A stretch of 56,855 nt of DNA from the NCBI GenBank assembly GCA_943788985.1, contig CALSSJ010000029.1, positions 1 to 56,855 of the forward strand, in the 5' to 3' direction. Of this stretch, positions 1-10,384 are shown piece after piece. A program made the translations under genes and the position numbers. How positions within the stretch are numbered: position 1 is the first letter of the stretch; each line of letters opens with the position of its first letter. A model generated the notes under the pieces. It had not been told where the DNA came from and did not search any database. It saw only the letters and a list, made by a program, of their open reading frames with translations. This DNA is from an uncultured Lentisphaerales bacterium (GTDB lineage Bacteria > Verrucomicrobiota > Lentisphaeria > JABSQK01 > UBA12247).

Positions 1-1352
1 CGATGCATGGCCAGGCAGACGTGGGCTAGAGCGCTGTGAATCCCCGGTTGCTGGGCTGTAAGGCGACCGCCTTGAGAAACAGCGCCTCCGCTTCGACATA
101 GTCCCGCCGATCTTCCAAGGCGCGCCCAGGTTGGTCAACGCGATCACGTTCTCGGGGTGCGCCTCCAGAGCATCCTGCCACAGCGTCACGCTAGATCGCC
201 AGGTCCGTGCCTGCTGGGCTGCGACGCCCAGACAGACCAGCAGCACGGCGCTGGTCGCCATGATGCGCAGCGTTCGGTCCCGCACTCGCGCCAGAGCCAC
301 GCCTGCGATCAGCCAGATTGGCACTGCCGTCAGATACAGATAGCGGTCGGCCATCGCCGTCGAGATCGCGATCAGGTTACTGACCGGAGCCAAGGCCACT
401 GCCAGCCACAGGCAAACGAACGCCGGGAAACGCTTGCCGGATTGCGAACTCCGCAATGCCCAGATGATCGCTCCCACGAGGCAAAACGGCACCGACAAGA
501 AAGGCGGCAGACGCCGGCGACTCGATCGGGACGCGGGGATAGCGAGGGCTCAGCCAAAACGGTGCCCCAAGATTGATTGCATAAGCCGGGATAGTCCCGA
601 TCATGGTCAACGCCCGGACCAGCAGCGAGCCCCCCTGCACGGCAGTGCTTTCGGCGGGCGTCGCCGAGGATCAATGCCCGAAACAGGACTGGAGCCATCA
701 CCATCGAGACTGCCAGGGCCCAGACATTGCGGAGCAGGCGCTCGCGCCACGATGACGCGTGCTCGCTCGCCCAATCCCCCACCAGCAACAGCCCCGGGAC
801 CATGATCCCGAACGGGCTCGACAGCGCGGCTGCCAGGCAGAAGCCACCAGCCCGCCGATGCTTTCCCGAAAGTGCGGCCAGCCAGGCGGAAAATGCGAAC
901 ACCGCAAGCAGGCCGTACTTGCGCGACGAGATCCAGGCTACGGCCTCCACGTTGACCGGGTGCAAGCAGAATAGCGCGGCCGCGATCCAAGCCGCTAGAG
1001 CCACTCGCTCAGCGCTGGGAATCAACCGCGGGATCGCCTGCCGGAAGGCCAGAAACAACAGCGCGGCAGCGAGTGCATGCAGGAGCAGATTGCCCAGGCG
1101 ATAGCCGAAAGGCGAGTGACTCCAGACGGTGTAGTCGATGGCGTAGCTGACCACGCGCAGCGGCTGATAGGTCTCGCCAGCCCGGGGCACAAAGGCTGGC
1201 AGCAAGGCAGCGGGCGACAACGAGCGAATCGCCGGATTATCTCGCACCAGTTTGGGGTCGTCCCAGTTCGTAAACTCCCCGGACAGAGTGGGCCCGAAGG
1301 TGATAAGGGCCAGCGCAAACAACGCGAGAATGCCTTTGCGCCGTGTACTCAT
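1..1352 (-). CDS. TMTC-like polytopic membrane protein (GT-C-like) with C-terminal TPRs; runs off the left edge; several frameshifts
   Basis: ATG at 1352 overlaps menD stop (ATGA). Motifs FTNWDD, YQPL, NLLLH, HPVNVEAVAWISSRK, MADRYLY, TWRSSVTLWQDALEAHPEN and TPR-like YVEAEALFLKAVALQP are read across frames. Confidence 0.75.
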
Positions 1353-2786
1353 CGGCAATCCAGCTCGATGATGGCGCTGGTCCCACTCTGCCGGTAGCGG
1401 CCAATCACGGTGGCCAGCTCCTGCGTAGCTTGGGGCGATTCGTAGGCGATCCCAAACTGTTGCGCAGCTGGTCCGAAAGTCATCCCATGCGGTGTTGGTA
1501 AACCACGGCTCCAGCAGCTCTGGGCGCGTGGCGATGGGAAGTCGCTCGAAGATGCGGCCGCCATCGTTGTTCAGCACGACGACCAGGACGTGCGAACTCC
1601 GCAATAGTGCCAGGCTGTTGAGATCGTGCAGCAGGGTGATGTCGCCGAGGATCGCGAGGACGACCTCGCCAGCACCGGTCGCGATCCCCGCAGCTGTAGC
1701 AACGCAGCCGTCGATCCCGCTGACGCCACGATTGGCGAACACCCGCATCATGCGCGGTAGGCCGACGGCGTTGGCATGTCGAACGGGCAGGCTGGCGCCC
1801 AGGAACACGCAGCCATTTTCAGGCCAGGCCTCCAGCGCCGCTGCGACTGCTGCTTGCTCATCCATGGCGCAACACCAGTTGCTCACAGAACGCAGCCAGG
1901 TCCAGCCGCAGCTGCTGTCGCGCGCTGCGCGTTGCGTCGACGCAGCCGGGAACATCTTCGACGATGGTGCGATCTCCGCAACGCCCGAGCCACTCGACCA
2001 GGTGCTGGTCAGTAAAGTGGCTGCCCAGCTGCAGGATTTGGGCCGGGACTTCGCTCGGGGCCGCGCCCTTGGGCCAACCCGCTGGTGATGTCGCAGATGT
2101 GTGCCCAACCCGTGGCAGCCAAGAGCTGCGCGACGGCCGCGCGTTCACGCTTGCTGGGCAGCCCGCCCACGGCCACGAACGGCTGGGTCCCAGGTTGCGG
2201 AGTTCGCACCCCGCGCCGGCGGCTTGAGTCGAAGAGTTGGGTGGCTGGCTACGGGCGGAAGCTCGCCCTCGGGCAAAAATGGCTCGCGAAACTGGCAGTT
2301 GAGCTGCACCGGGCCGCGCTCGTAGCAGGCGAACTCGGTCGCGGTGGCAGTTGCGGAGATCGCAACGCTCACGGGTGCATCCGGAGCCAGGGTCTCAGAC
2401 CAGCGGGCATGGCTGCCAAAGTAGCGATGTTGGTCCATCGCCTGATTGGCACCACAGTGTAGCAACTCGGGTGGTCGGTCCGCAGTGAGTAGAATGAGCG
2501 GCGTGGCTCCGGCGGAAGCTTCGGCAACAGCCGGTGCGAAGTTCGCAACGGCGGTGCCGGAGGTGCAGACGAGCGCAACCGGACGCTCGGATGCTTTGGC
2601 TAGGCCGAGTGCGAAGTACGCAGCGCCACGCTCATCGAAATGGCTGTGCGGGTCTAAAGACGCGCAGCGAATGGCGGCGACAGTAAGCGGGGTGCAGCGT
2701 GAACCGGGGCAGAGCACAACGTCGCGAACGCCGCCCGCGACTAGTTGGGCCATGATCGCATCGCAGCGCTCGATATTGGCACTCAC
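1349..2786 (-). CDS. menD: SEPHCHC synthase MenD, split over 5 reading-frame segments (likely sequencing indels)
   Basis: CPGSRCTPL, HFDERGAAYFALG, CTSGTAVAN, LTADRPPEL, GANQAMDQ, FREP, ANRGVSGIDG, GDITLLHDLNSL, NNDGGRIF, TPHG motifs in order. Confidence 0.92.
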
Positions 2787-4067
2787 CACGGCTCCTGAAG
2801 CAGCTCCAGCATCCAGGCGAGCTTGGCCTCGGTCTCATGCCACTCGGCGAGCGGCTCGGAGCCATCGACGATCCCGGCTCCGGCAAACAGCGAGAGGGTC
2901 CCGGCCTCGACGGCTCCGGCGCGGATGCCGACGGCTAGATCTACCTCATCTGCGGAGATTACACCGACGGGCCCGGCGTACCAGCCGCGGCTGAATGGCT
3001 CGAGGCGTTGGAGCAAGGACAGCGAGGTGGCGGGTGGTTCACCACAAACTGCGGGAGTGGGATGCAAGGTGCTAAGAACGCTGTCAGTCGTCACGCCAGC
3101 GGGCAACTGGCAGTCGATGCGTTTGGTAGAGGTGCTGAACCCGCGGAAGCTTGCGCAGGGATGGCTGCTCTTCTGCGGTGACGTCGCCGCCGAGCGCACG
3201 CAGTGTGCGCACGACGTGTTCGACCACGTTGCGATGTTCGCGACGGTCCTTGTCGGACTCCAGCAGCTCTTCGCCCAACTTGGTATCGTGGGGATCGTTG
3301 TGCCCCCGCAGCCGGGTGCCGGCGACAGCCTCGGACTCGACATGACGGTCACGCATGCGAAACAAGCGTTCTGGGGTAAGCGCGAAGAAGACGTCTTCCC
3401 CACTCTTGTGCAGGCAGTGAAAGGCGGCAGGCGTGCGATCTGCGAAGTGCGCAAAGAGGCGGCCGATCGGGAGCGATTTCTGGAGGTCGAAGACGACTTT
3501 TCGCGAGAGCACGACCTTGGTCAGGGTCCCGATGCGTAGCTCGTGAAGGGCGTGTGAAACGGCTTCGCACCAGCCAGCCTGATCTGGCACGCTGTGCCCG
3601 GAATCAATTGCAAATGGCGAGTTTTGCGAACTCCGCAATTCCGGGAAGGTTGCGTCTGGCATGCGGTTTACGGCCAGGTAGCTGTTCTCTCCGAGGTCAA
3701 TGATCTCAATTGCGGGTACGACTAAGCGGCGGCGGCCGAGTGCGCCGATTCCTTCGTCACCGGCGGCAAAGGATGCGCCGAGATAAGCGCGGGCTCGGCG
3801 GGCTTCTGCCGGGGCCTCACCAATCAGCTTGGCGCTGGCAAGCAGCTCTTGGGTGGCGGTTAGGGAAAGGTCAGGGCAGGCGGCGACTCCGAAGCCAGCG
3901 ATACGGATGTCGCGATCGCGGTAGGCCCAGTAGCAGAGGTCATGGGCGGTATAGGAACGGATCACGTCCCGCGCGGTCGTGTCAGCAAGGGGGACGATGG
4001 CGCGCGCGAGTTGTTGCGTGTCGGCGAGGCTGTGCCACAGGGATTTTGCCTGCTCAGGCAGTGTCAC
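2783..4067 (-). CDS. menF: Isochorismate synthase (one frameshift near 3120)
   Basis: KVVLSR, TPERL, EAVAGT, KDRREH, LHPTPAVCG, RGWYAGPVG, FAGAGIVDGS, EWHETEAK; lies between menG and menD. Confidence 0.9.
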
Positions 4068-4782
4068 GCTTGTCTCCGCAGTAGATAGTGGCGATGCCCA
4101 GAGAAAGCCGGGTGGCGGTGACGGTGTCGAATCCGGCTTCACGCATGAGATCGCAAAAGGCGTCACCGTAAGGAAAGGTCTCTACGGTCTGATTGAGGTA
4201 GCGGTAGGCGCTGCCATCGCCGGAGAGAAGTGCGCCGATGCGTGGCAGAATGTGCCGCAGATAGAACAGATAGAGGCCGCGCAGCGGCCGCCTCGGCAAG
4301 GAAAACTCGAGGATGATGGAGCGACCGCCGGGCTTGAGCACGCGGTGCATTTCACGTAGGCCAGCCACGACATCTTCGACGTTGCGAATGCCAAAGCTGA
4401 TGGTGGTGGCGGTGACGGACTGATCTCGCAGTGGTAGGCGCAAGGCATCGCCGCGAGCAAAGCGCGCAGTCGCCTGGGGATTCCGTGCCCGGCGCTTCTT
4501 TTCTCCGAGCTCCAGCATGCCGCTGGACATATCGATGCCGATCACGTGGGTGACCTGTGGGAGCCGACAGAGGGTGAACAGCTGATCGCCGGTGCCAGAT
4601 GCGATGTCCGCCACAATCTGCGAGCTAGCGGTGGGGATCTTGCGCACGACGGCACGGCGCCAGATACGGTCGACCCCGCAGGAGAGGATGATGTTTAGTG
4701 CATCATAGCGGGGGGCGATTCGGTCGAACATGGACCAGACGCGGGTGCGGGGAATGCCCCCGGAAGGCTCGGGCGTGGTCAT
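4054..4782 (-). CDS. menG: Demethylmenaquinone methyltransferase (UbiE/MenG)
   Basis: MFDRIAPRYD, DIASGTGD, SFGIRNV, EMHRVLKPGG, ILEFS, AYRYL; in the men cluster. Confidence 0.93.
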   Translation of the reverse strand: MTTPEPSGGIPRTRVWSMFDRIAPRYDALNIILSCGVDRIWRRAVVRKIPTASSQIVADIASGTGDQLFTLCRLPQVTHVIGIDMSSGMLELGEKKRRARNPQATARFARGDALRLPLRDQSVTATTISFGIRNVEDVVAGLREMHRVLKPGGRSIILEFSLPRRPLRGLYLFYLRHILPRIGALLSGDGSAYRYLNQTVETFPYGDAFCDLMREAGFDTVTATRLSLGIATIYCGDKRDTA

Positions 4783-5936
4783 GATCTTCGCTCCATGTGG
4801 TCGACAAGCACGAGGCTGTCGCGATGGATGGCTTCGTCATGGTGCGGGAAGTCCGTGAGGGCCGCGGCGAACTGGTCGCTGCGAAGTCCGCAAAGACGGG
4901 ACAGATCGACATGATTGTAGTTGGAAACTCCGATGGCGATGACGTCTCCTTTCTGATTGAGAATTTGCACGGCGTCGCCTTTGTCAAACTCACCGGTGGT
5001 GTTGAGAATGCCGCTGGGCAACAGGCTCGAGCCGCGCTCGAGAATAGCGGACTCCGCACCCTGGTCGATGACGAGATCACCGACGGGTTGGCTGAAGAAT
5101 GCGAGGTAGCGCTTCGAGCCAGCCATCTTGGTCTGGCTGGGGACAAACAGGGTCCCGATGTCGTCACCGGCCAGAATGCTGCGTAGCACTGAGAAGTCGT
5201 GTCCATCGGCAATCCAAAGATACTCACCAGCTGCCATGCAGATCTCTGCGGCCTCGAGCTTGGTGTTCATCCCACCGACTGAGAACTCGTTTCCGTCGGT
5301 GCTGCCGGCGAGGGACCAGATGCGCTCGTCAATGTTGCCTACGAGGGAGAGTCTCTCGCCGAGCGCGTCTCCGACCCGGTCGCGCAGTCCATTGACGGTG
5401 GTGAGCAAGATGGTCAGGTCTGCCCGCACCATTGCTGCCACTTTGGCTGCGAGGGTGTCGTTATCCCCAAAGCGAATCTCGTCTACGCTGACTGCGTCGT
5501 TCTCGTTCACAATGGGCAGCAAGCCATGGGTCTGAAGCATATTCAGACAGTTGCAGAGATTAAGATTACGCCGCCGGGATTTGACGTCTGCGGCACAGAG
5601 GAGGACCTGCGCACAGTGAAAGTCGTGGCTGTTACAGGCATTCTCGTAGTGCTTCATCATGCGGCTTTGCCCGACGGCGGCGAGGGCCTGGAGGCGGGAC
5701 AGGTCGGTGGGGCGCTTGGTCTGCTTCATCACGCCCATGCCAGCCCCGATGGCACCGGAGGTGACCAGGAAGATTTCGAGCCCGCGATCGCGCAGCGCGG
5801 CGAGTTCATTCACCAGCTCGGCAATGCGGGTTTCTTCACCGGCGCCAATGTCGCAGAGTAGGCGCGAGCCTACTTTTATTACCACACGGCGGACGCTGCC
5901 GACGAGGGCCGCTCTACTTTCGCAGCGAACCGTCAT
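4779..5936 (-). CDS. proB: Glutamate 5-kinase with PUA domain
   Basis: VVIKVGS, VTSGAI, AAVGQ, NENDAV, FGDNDTL, GGMNTKLEAA, SLLPSGI, IHRDSL. Confidence 0.96.
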   Translation of the reverse strand: MTVRCESRAALVGSVRRVVIKVGSRLLCDIGAGEETRIAELVNELAALRDRGLEIFLVTSGAIGAGMGVMKQTKRPTDLSRLQALAAVGQSRMMKHYENACNSHDFHCAQVLLCAADVKSRRRNLNLCNCLNMLQTHGLLPIVNENDAVSVDEIRFGDNDTLAAKVAAMVRADLTILLTTVNGLRDRVGDALGERLSLVGNIDERIWSLAGSTDGNEFSVGGMNTKLEAAEICMAAGEYLWIADGHDFSVLRSILAGDDIGTLFVPSQTKMAGSKRYLAFFSQPVGDLVIDQGAESAILERGSSLLPSGILNTTGEFDKGDAVQILNQKGDVIAIGVSNYNHVDLSRLCGLRSDQFAAALTDFPHHDEAIHRDSLVLVDHMERRS

Positions 5937-5939
5937 GAC

Positions 5940-7376
5940 TTACGCCCCGATTATGAGACGAGTGAACATCACCAAGATGGTAATCCATAGACCTACCCAC
6001 ACTGCGAACATGAGGTAGGTCAGTGGCGTGGGAGGAATGTCGTCAAGATAGTCGCCATCTTCCGCGTCTTCGTCTTCCTCCAAGGCTTCGTATTCAAAGA
6101 GCTTCTTGGATTTCTCGGGCGAGACGGCGCGGGTGGCTGCTTCTCCCCGCTGCCTGATGTGCTGTTGCGCCTGACGGGCGACGTCATCGGCTAGCTCGTC
6201 TGAGTCATCATCACCGGAAAACACCTCCAGGGAGGGCTGCAGCGGCCGCAGTGAGGTTTTGATGGAGGACGAGCTTACGTCTCCGGCTGGCGTGCCGGGC
6301 GCGCCTTTATTCTTCTTGCTGAGCATTTCGATGACTTGGTCGCGCACGCTGTGGTCCACTTTCACCTTGCCGGGCTTGGGACGCTTGCGCTTGGGATGCG
6401 ATGCGGTCGTAGGCACTGGCGCGGACTCAGGCTGCTCCGTGGCCATGCGGATGACTTTGAGCTTCTTCCTTTTCTTCGGCACTGGTGCGGCGGCCTCTAC
6501 CGCTGCAGCCTTGGTCTTCCGACGATATTCCACAAGCGAGTCCTCGGGAAGATAGACGATTCGGAATCCTCCGAAATCGATCCGCTTAGTCGCCGGGTAG
6601 GAGAAGGTACGAGACAGGCAGTTGGTGTATTCGAGGGTATTGCACCAGCTGCCACCACGGAGAATGTGGGGATCTCGGGGATCATCGACGCTGTCAAGGC
6701 AGAACTCCCAGACGTTGCCGATCATGTCCATGCAGCCGTAGGGAGCGCGGTTTCCGGGAAAGGTGGTGACCGGTACGGTGCAGTTGTATTGATGCGGGCC
6801 TTGGAAACAGGCGATGTCTTGGTCCGGCATGGGTTCCGTGCCCCATGGAAAGAAGCGCCCGTCTTCGCCACGCGCAGCTTTCTCCCACTCCAGCTCTGTG
6901 GGCAGGCTGTAATACTCTTTGGTCTGGCGCCGCAACCACCGGCAATAGGACTTGGCATCTTCCCAGCTAATGTGCGAGACCGGACAGTCGGGCTCGGGCG
7001 AGACTAGATAAAGTCGCTCGAGATCTTCCTGCGGGAAGTGGTGTCCGGAGTCGCCCAGAAAGTCTAGGAAATCCTCCTGGGTGATTGGGTATTTGCCGAG
7101 AAACAAGTCGGCTGGCATTTCCTCCAGCGTGTTGTCATCTCCGGCCATAAACGGACCGCCGGGAATCTGACAGAACGGGCGCCCCAGAGAGTCAAAAATT
7201 TCGGCACGGGTGACCAGTCCGGTAACTTCCTGGACTTCTTCGCCGGAATCACGGATGATTTGCAGCAGTTCCCACTTGAACTGCTTGTATTCTGACTCGA
7301 GTATTTCGCCGAGCACAAATTGGTCTTCCAACTGTGCCAGCAGCTCGTGTGGAGTCGGCTCGCTACCCTGTGCCAA
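5940..7376 (-). CDS. FGE-sulfatase/SUMF1-like domain protein with N-terminal SHOCT-like helix pair, charged linker and C-terminal TM anchor
   Basis: PVSHISWEDAKSYCRWL, LPTELEWEKAARG, PYGCMDMIGNVWEFC, RGGSW, GFRIV; hydrophobic C-terminus. Confidence 0.8.
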   Translation of the reverse strand: MAQGSEPTPHELLAQLEDQFVLGEILESEYKQFKWELLQIIRDSGEEVQEVTGLVTRAEIFDSLGRPFCQIPGGPFMAGDDNTLEEMPADLFLGKYPITQEDFLDFLGDSGHHFPQEDLERLYLVSPEPDCPVSHISWEDAKSYCRWLRRQTKEYYSLPTELEWEKAARGEDGRFFPWGTEPMPDQDIACFQGPHQYNCTVPVTTFPGNRAPYGCMDMIGNVWEFCLDSVDDPRDPHILRGGSWCNTLEYTNCLSRTFSYPATKRIDFGGFRIVYLPEDSLVEYRRKTKAAAVEAAAPVPKKRKKLKVIRMATEQPESAPVPTTASHPKRKRPKPGKVKVDHSVRDQVIEMLSKKNKGAPGTPAGDVSSSSIKTSLRPLQPSLEVFSGDDDSDELADDVARQAQQHIRQRGEAATRAVSPEKSKKLFEYEALEEDEDAEDGDYLDDIPPTPLTYLMFAVWVGLWITILVMFTRLIIGA

Positions 7377-7518
7377 ATTCAGGCCCCATTACTCATTGAT
7401 GACTACGGTGAAAAACCTACCATTGCTCCACGACCTTGGCAATCCTGCGCCGCGTTCTCTACGCCATGCGGCACACGCATGGCAACTGCTGCGGCGGCGG
7501 GGGTCTTGCCACCGGCTG

Positions 7519-8829
7519 CTATCGCGCGAACAGCGCCTGCTGGAAATTTAGCGAGCCATCGGTGGCAAGGTGCCGAATCAGGCAGCGGGGCCCGTCTTTG
7601 TCTTCGGTGACGGAGACGGCCAGATAGCCACCGCTACGGGCGGCATACTTGCTCAGTGCGCTCTCGGTGGCTGAGGGGGAAACTGCAGCGGCCTCGGTCA
7701 CGGGACCGGCGCCGAACTCCCAGAGCCCGGTTGCGGAATCATGGCTGGTATATTGCCAGAGACGATTTCCGGTGAGGATGATGACGTTGGGCGTCTGGGA
7801 CAAGACTCCGCGCAGCCACTTACCCTCAGCAAGGTAGCCATTGGCATGGCTGTCACGGAGCAGACGCGCGTCCGGTCCGATAATGGGGGTAGGGCAGGCA
7901 ATAAATTTGAAGGTGGATTGAGACGCCACCAGCGACTTTTCAAGCCAGACTTTCTGCTCGTGGCCCAGTAATTCGTGGAGCCTTGGGTTGCTGAACTTAC
8001 GGCTGTCCAAAAACCAGATCTGCGCGTGCCGACCATAAGATACAGTCCGAAAGTCGCCACCGTGCGGGGTCTGTTTGTCGAACAAGCTAAGCGCGTCCTC
8101 GAAGTCAAAACTGCCATAGCGGGCACGCCGGCTACTGACGTCATCTCTGAGCCAGTAGGACGGGGTGTAGCGATAGAGCTCCACGGCGCGTTTGAAATTA
8201 TGGGTGCGGGCCCACAGCTGCTGGGCAGCTGCCAGATCACGAACGACGAAGTCGGCGTCTTCGTAATCCACCGGGCGGCCTGCTTGAATCACAAAGTCGT
8301 ACTGTTGCGTGGCCAGCGCATGATGGGTGCGAAATCCGCGTTTGAGATCTTCGCAAAGCAGAGCGGCCTGCTGGCCGAGGACGGCAAAGCGGAGGTCGCG
8401 GTGGCCAAAGGCCGACGGCGGCGTGGAAAAGTGCCCGCTAAATGAGGATATCCGGTCATGCGGCGTGCTGCGGGTCTGGATCTCGACTAGATAGCGACTG
8501 TATGGCCGTAATTTACGCAGAGTGAAGTTGATGATATACTGGTTCTTGGCGTGAGCCGATGACCAGGCGGTGTGGCGAGTATCTGCGCCGTCATCGGAGG
8601 CATAGACCACGCGGATCTGGCCCGCGCGGCTTGATTCAGCGATGTCTGAGGCGCGAGTCGCTGGAACAGCGCGCGTCCAGATAACTGCCGAGGTAGAGGT
8701 GACTTCTCCGACCTTGAAGCCAGAGGGGAGCGTGGGCGGGAGGGCGAACTGGTGCGGATTGGTCACCGGAAATTCCTCGGAGACGGCAAGAATCGCACTC
8801 AGTAGGGTGCAGATGAAAAGGTAGCGCAT
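7519..8829 (-). CDS. Secreted PhoD-like (alkaline phosphatase D fold) protein with degenerate metal ligands
   Basis: Signal peptide MRYLFICTLLSAILA; GEVTSTSAVIWTR, LDSR, LLGHEQKVWLEKSL, FKFIACPTP. Confidence 0.75.
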   Translation of the reverse strand: MRYLFICTLLSAILAVSEEFPVTNPHQFALPPTLPSGFKVGEVTSTSAVIWTRAVPATRASDIAESSRAGQIRVVYASDDGADTRHTAWSSAHAKNQYIINFTLRKLRPYSRYLVEIQTRSTPHDRISSFSGHFSTPPSAFGHRDLRFAVLGQQAALLCEDLKRGFRTHHALATQQYDFVIQAGRPVDYEDADFVVRDLAAAQQLWARTHNFKRAVELYRYTPSYWLRDDVSSRRARYGSFDFEDALSLFDKQTPHGGDFRTVSYGRHAQIWFLDSRKFSNPRLHELLGHEQKVWLEKSLVASQSTFKFIACPTPIIGPDARLLRDSHANGYLAEGKWLRGVLSQTPNVIILTGNRLWQYTSHDSATGLWEFGAGPVTEAAAVSPSATESALSKYAARSGGYLAVSVTEDKDGPRCLIRHLATDGSLNFQQALFAR

Positions 8830-8914
8830 GGATGGCCTGCAAGGTCGGAAGGGCAATGGGGCACATTGCCCCGTATCGGCGTGGGAATCAAGCGGGATCA
8901 AGCGTCTTCCTGCC

Positions 8915-10345
8915 CTAGCTGCTGGCTATTGGCGCGATCGGAAGGCGTAGGGTGGCAACTGCGCCTACCTGTTCGCCGTTCACCAGCGTAAAATCGCCGC
9001 TGTGCAGCTGGGCGACCTCGGAGACGATGCTCAGGCCCAGGCCGGTGCTCTTGGCGGAGTTCGGGCGAGCTAGGGAATAGAACCGCTCGCAGACACGCGA
9101 AAGTGCGTATTCGGGAATGCCCGGCCCTTGATCTTGGACGCGGAGCACTGCCGCTGCGTTCTCGTTCCTGAGCGTCAGGCTGACCTCGCCAGCAACTGGC
9201 GAGAATTCTACGGCGTTCTGCACCAGATTGCCGATGGCCTGACGCAGCAGCGCCTCATCCCCTGTGACCACGACTGGAGCGAGATCTGTGCGCACTCGCA
9301 CTGCCGCTTCGGACGTACTTGCGGAGTTCGCAATCGCGGCACAAAGCACGTCGAGTGCGACAGCTGTGGAATCCTCTAGCGCAGTCTTGCCTTCGACGAT
9401 GGAAAGGCGCAGCAGTGAGTCTGCGAGGCGGCTCAGGCGCTCAGACTCCCGCTGGATGTTGCCGATGAAGCGAGCGCGGTCTGCGGCAGGCATGTCCTCT
9501 TGGAGGAGTTCGGCAGCGCCGCGGATTGCCGCGAGCGGGCTTTTCATTTCGTGGGTGAGAGTCTGGATATAGCGCTCTGCGTAGTGTCTTCCGGCGAGCT
9601 CATCATGGAGGCCCTGGAAGGCGTCTCCCAAGCGCGCCATTTCGCCCGCCCCGAGGTCGGGGCGACTGGCACGCCTGCCTTGTCGGAGTTGCTCGGCGTA
9701 CTCGATCAAGCGCCGGATGGGGCGCGTGACCCAAAGCGTGAGCAGGATCAGCATGCCGGCTACGGCCAGGGCCGCCCACTGCGATGCACGTATGGTATTG
9801 CGCCTGGCTACGTCGATGAACTGCCGGACGCTCCCGGCTGGCTTGCCCACGGATAGGACGCCGATGATCTGGTCGCCATCAAGAATCGGCGAGGCCACAT
9901 AGAGCGTACTGGTGTCTGGGTCGTCTGGGTCTTTGCGAGTGGAGCGCGCACCATACTCGCCGCGCAGCGTTCGCAGCACGTCATTCCAGCGTGAAAAATC
10001 CTGTCCCACCACTTCATCGTACGAATCGAAGACCACGACTCCTGCGGCATCGGTAGCCAGCACATGGAGATTGACGGCTGACTTGGCCTTGCCGTAGATT
10101 CGGACGTTTAAGGTGCGGTTATGGACGGCAATCATGGCATGGCGCATGGCCTCATCGACGGTGGCGCCATGCTCGAGGCGCTCGCTCACGATACAGGCCA
10201 GCACAGTGGACGCGTCGACCATGGTCTCTTCCATGCTCTCCAAGTATTGCTGGCGGACGTCGCCGAGCACAGATCGGGCAAGCAGGTAGATACCAAGTCC
10301 CAGAACCGGAAGGATGGTCAGCAGAAGGCGGACGTGGAGCTTCAC
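8915..10345 (-). CDS. creC: Sensor histidine kinase CreC
   Basis: ESMEETMVD, GQDFSRWNDVLRTLRGEYGARSTR, LSVGKP, THEMKSPLAAIRGAAELL, NLVQNAVEFSP, ERFYSLARP, STGLGL. Confidence 0.92.
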   Translation of the reverse strand: MKLHVRLLLTILPVLGLGIYLLARSVLGDVRQQYLESMEETMVDASTVLACIVSERLEHGATVDEAMRHAMIAVHNRTLNVRIYGKAKSAVNLHVLATDAAGVVVFDSYDEVVGQDFSRWNDVLRTLRGEYGARSTRKDPDDPDTSTLYVASPILDGDQIIGVLSVGKPAGSVRQFIDVARRNTIRASQWAALAVAGMLILLTLWVTRPIRRLIEYAEQLRQGRRASRPDLGAGEMARLGDAFQGLHDELAGRHYAERYIQTLTHEMKSPLAAIRGAAELLQEDMPAADRARFIGNIQRESERLSRLADSLLRLSIVEGKTALEDSTAVALDVLCAAIANSASTSEAAVRVRTDLAPVVVTGDEALLRQAIGNLVQNAVEFSPVAGEVSLTLRNENAAAVLRVQDQGPGIPEYALSRVCERFYSLARPNSAKSTGLGLSIVSEVAQLHSGDFTLVNGEQVGAVATLRLPIAPIASS

Positions 10346-10384
10346 GCTCGCGCCATTCCAAGGCCGCCCCGCAGACAGGCTCTA

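Noticed and set aside
372..2108. 578-aa ORF that looks like a MenD-membrane glycosyltransferase fusion
   Set aside because: Artefact of a frameshift at ~1500: the MenD C-terminus is in another frame and stops at 1349, overlapping the next ATG.
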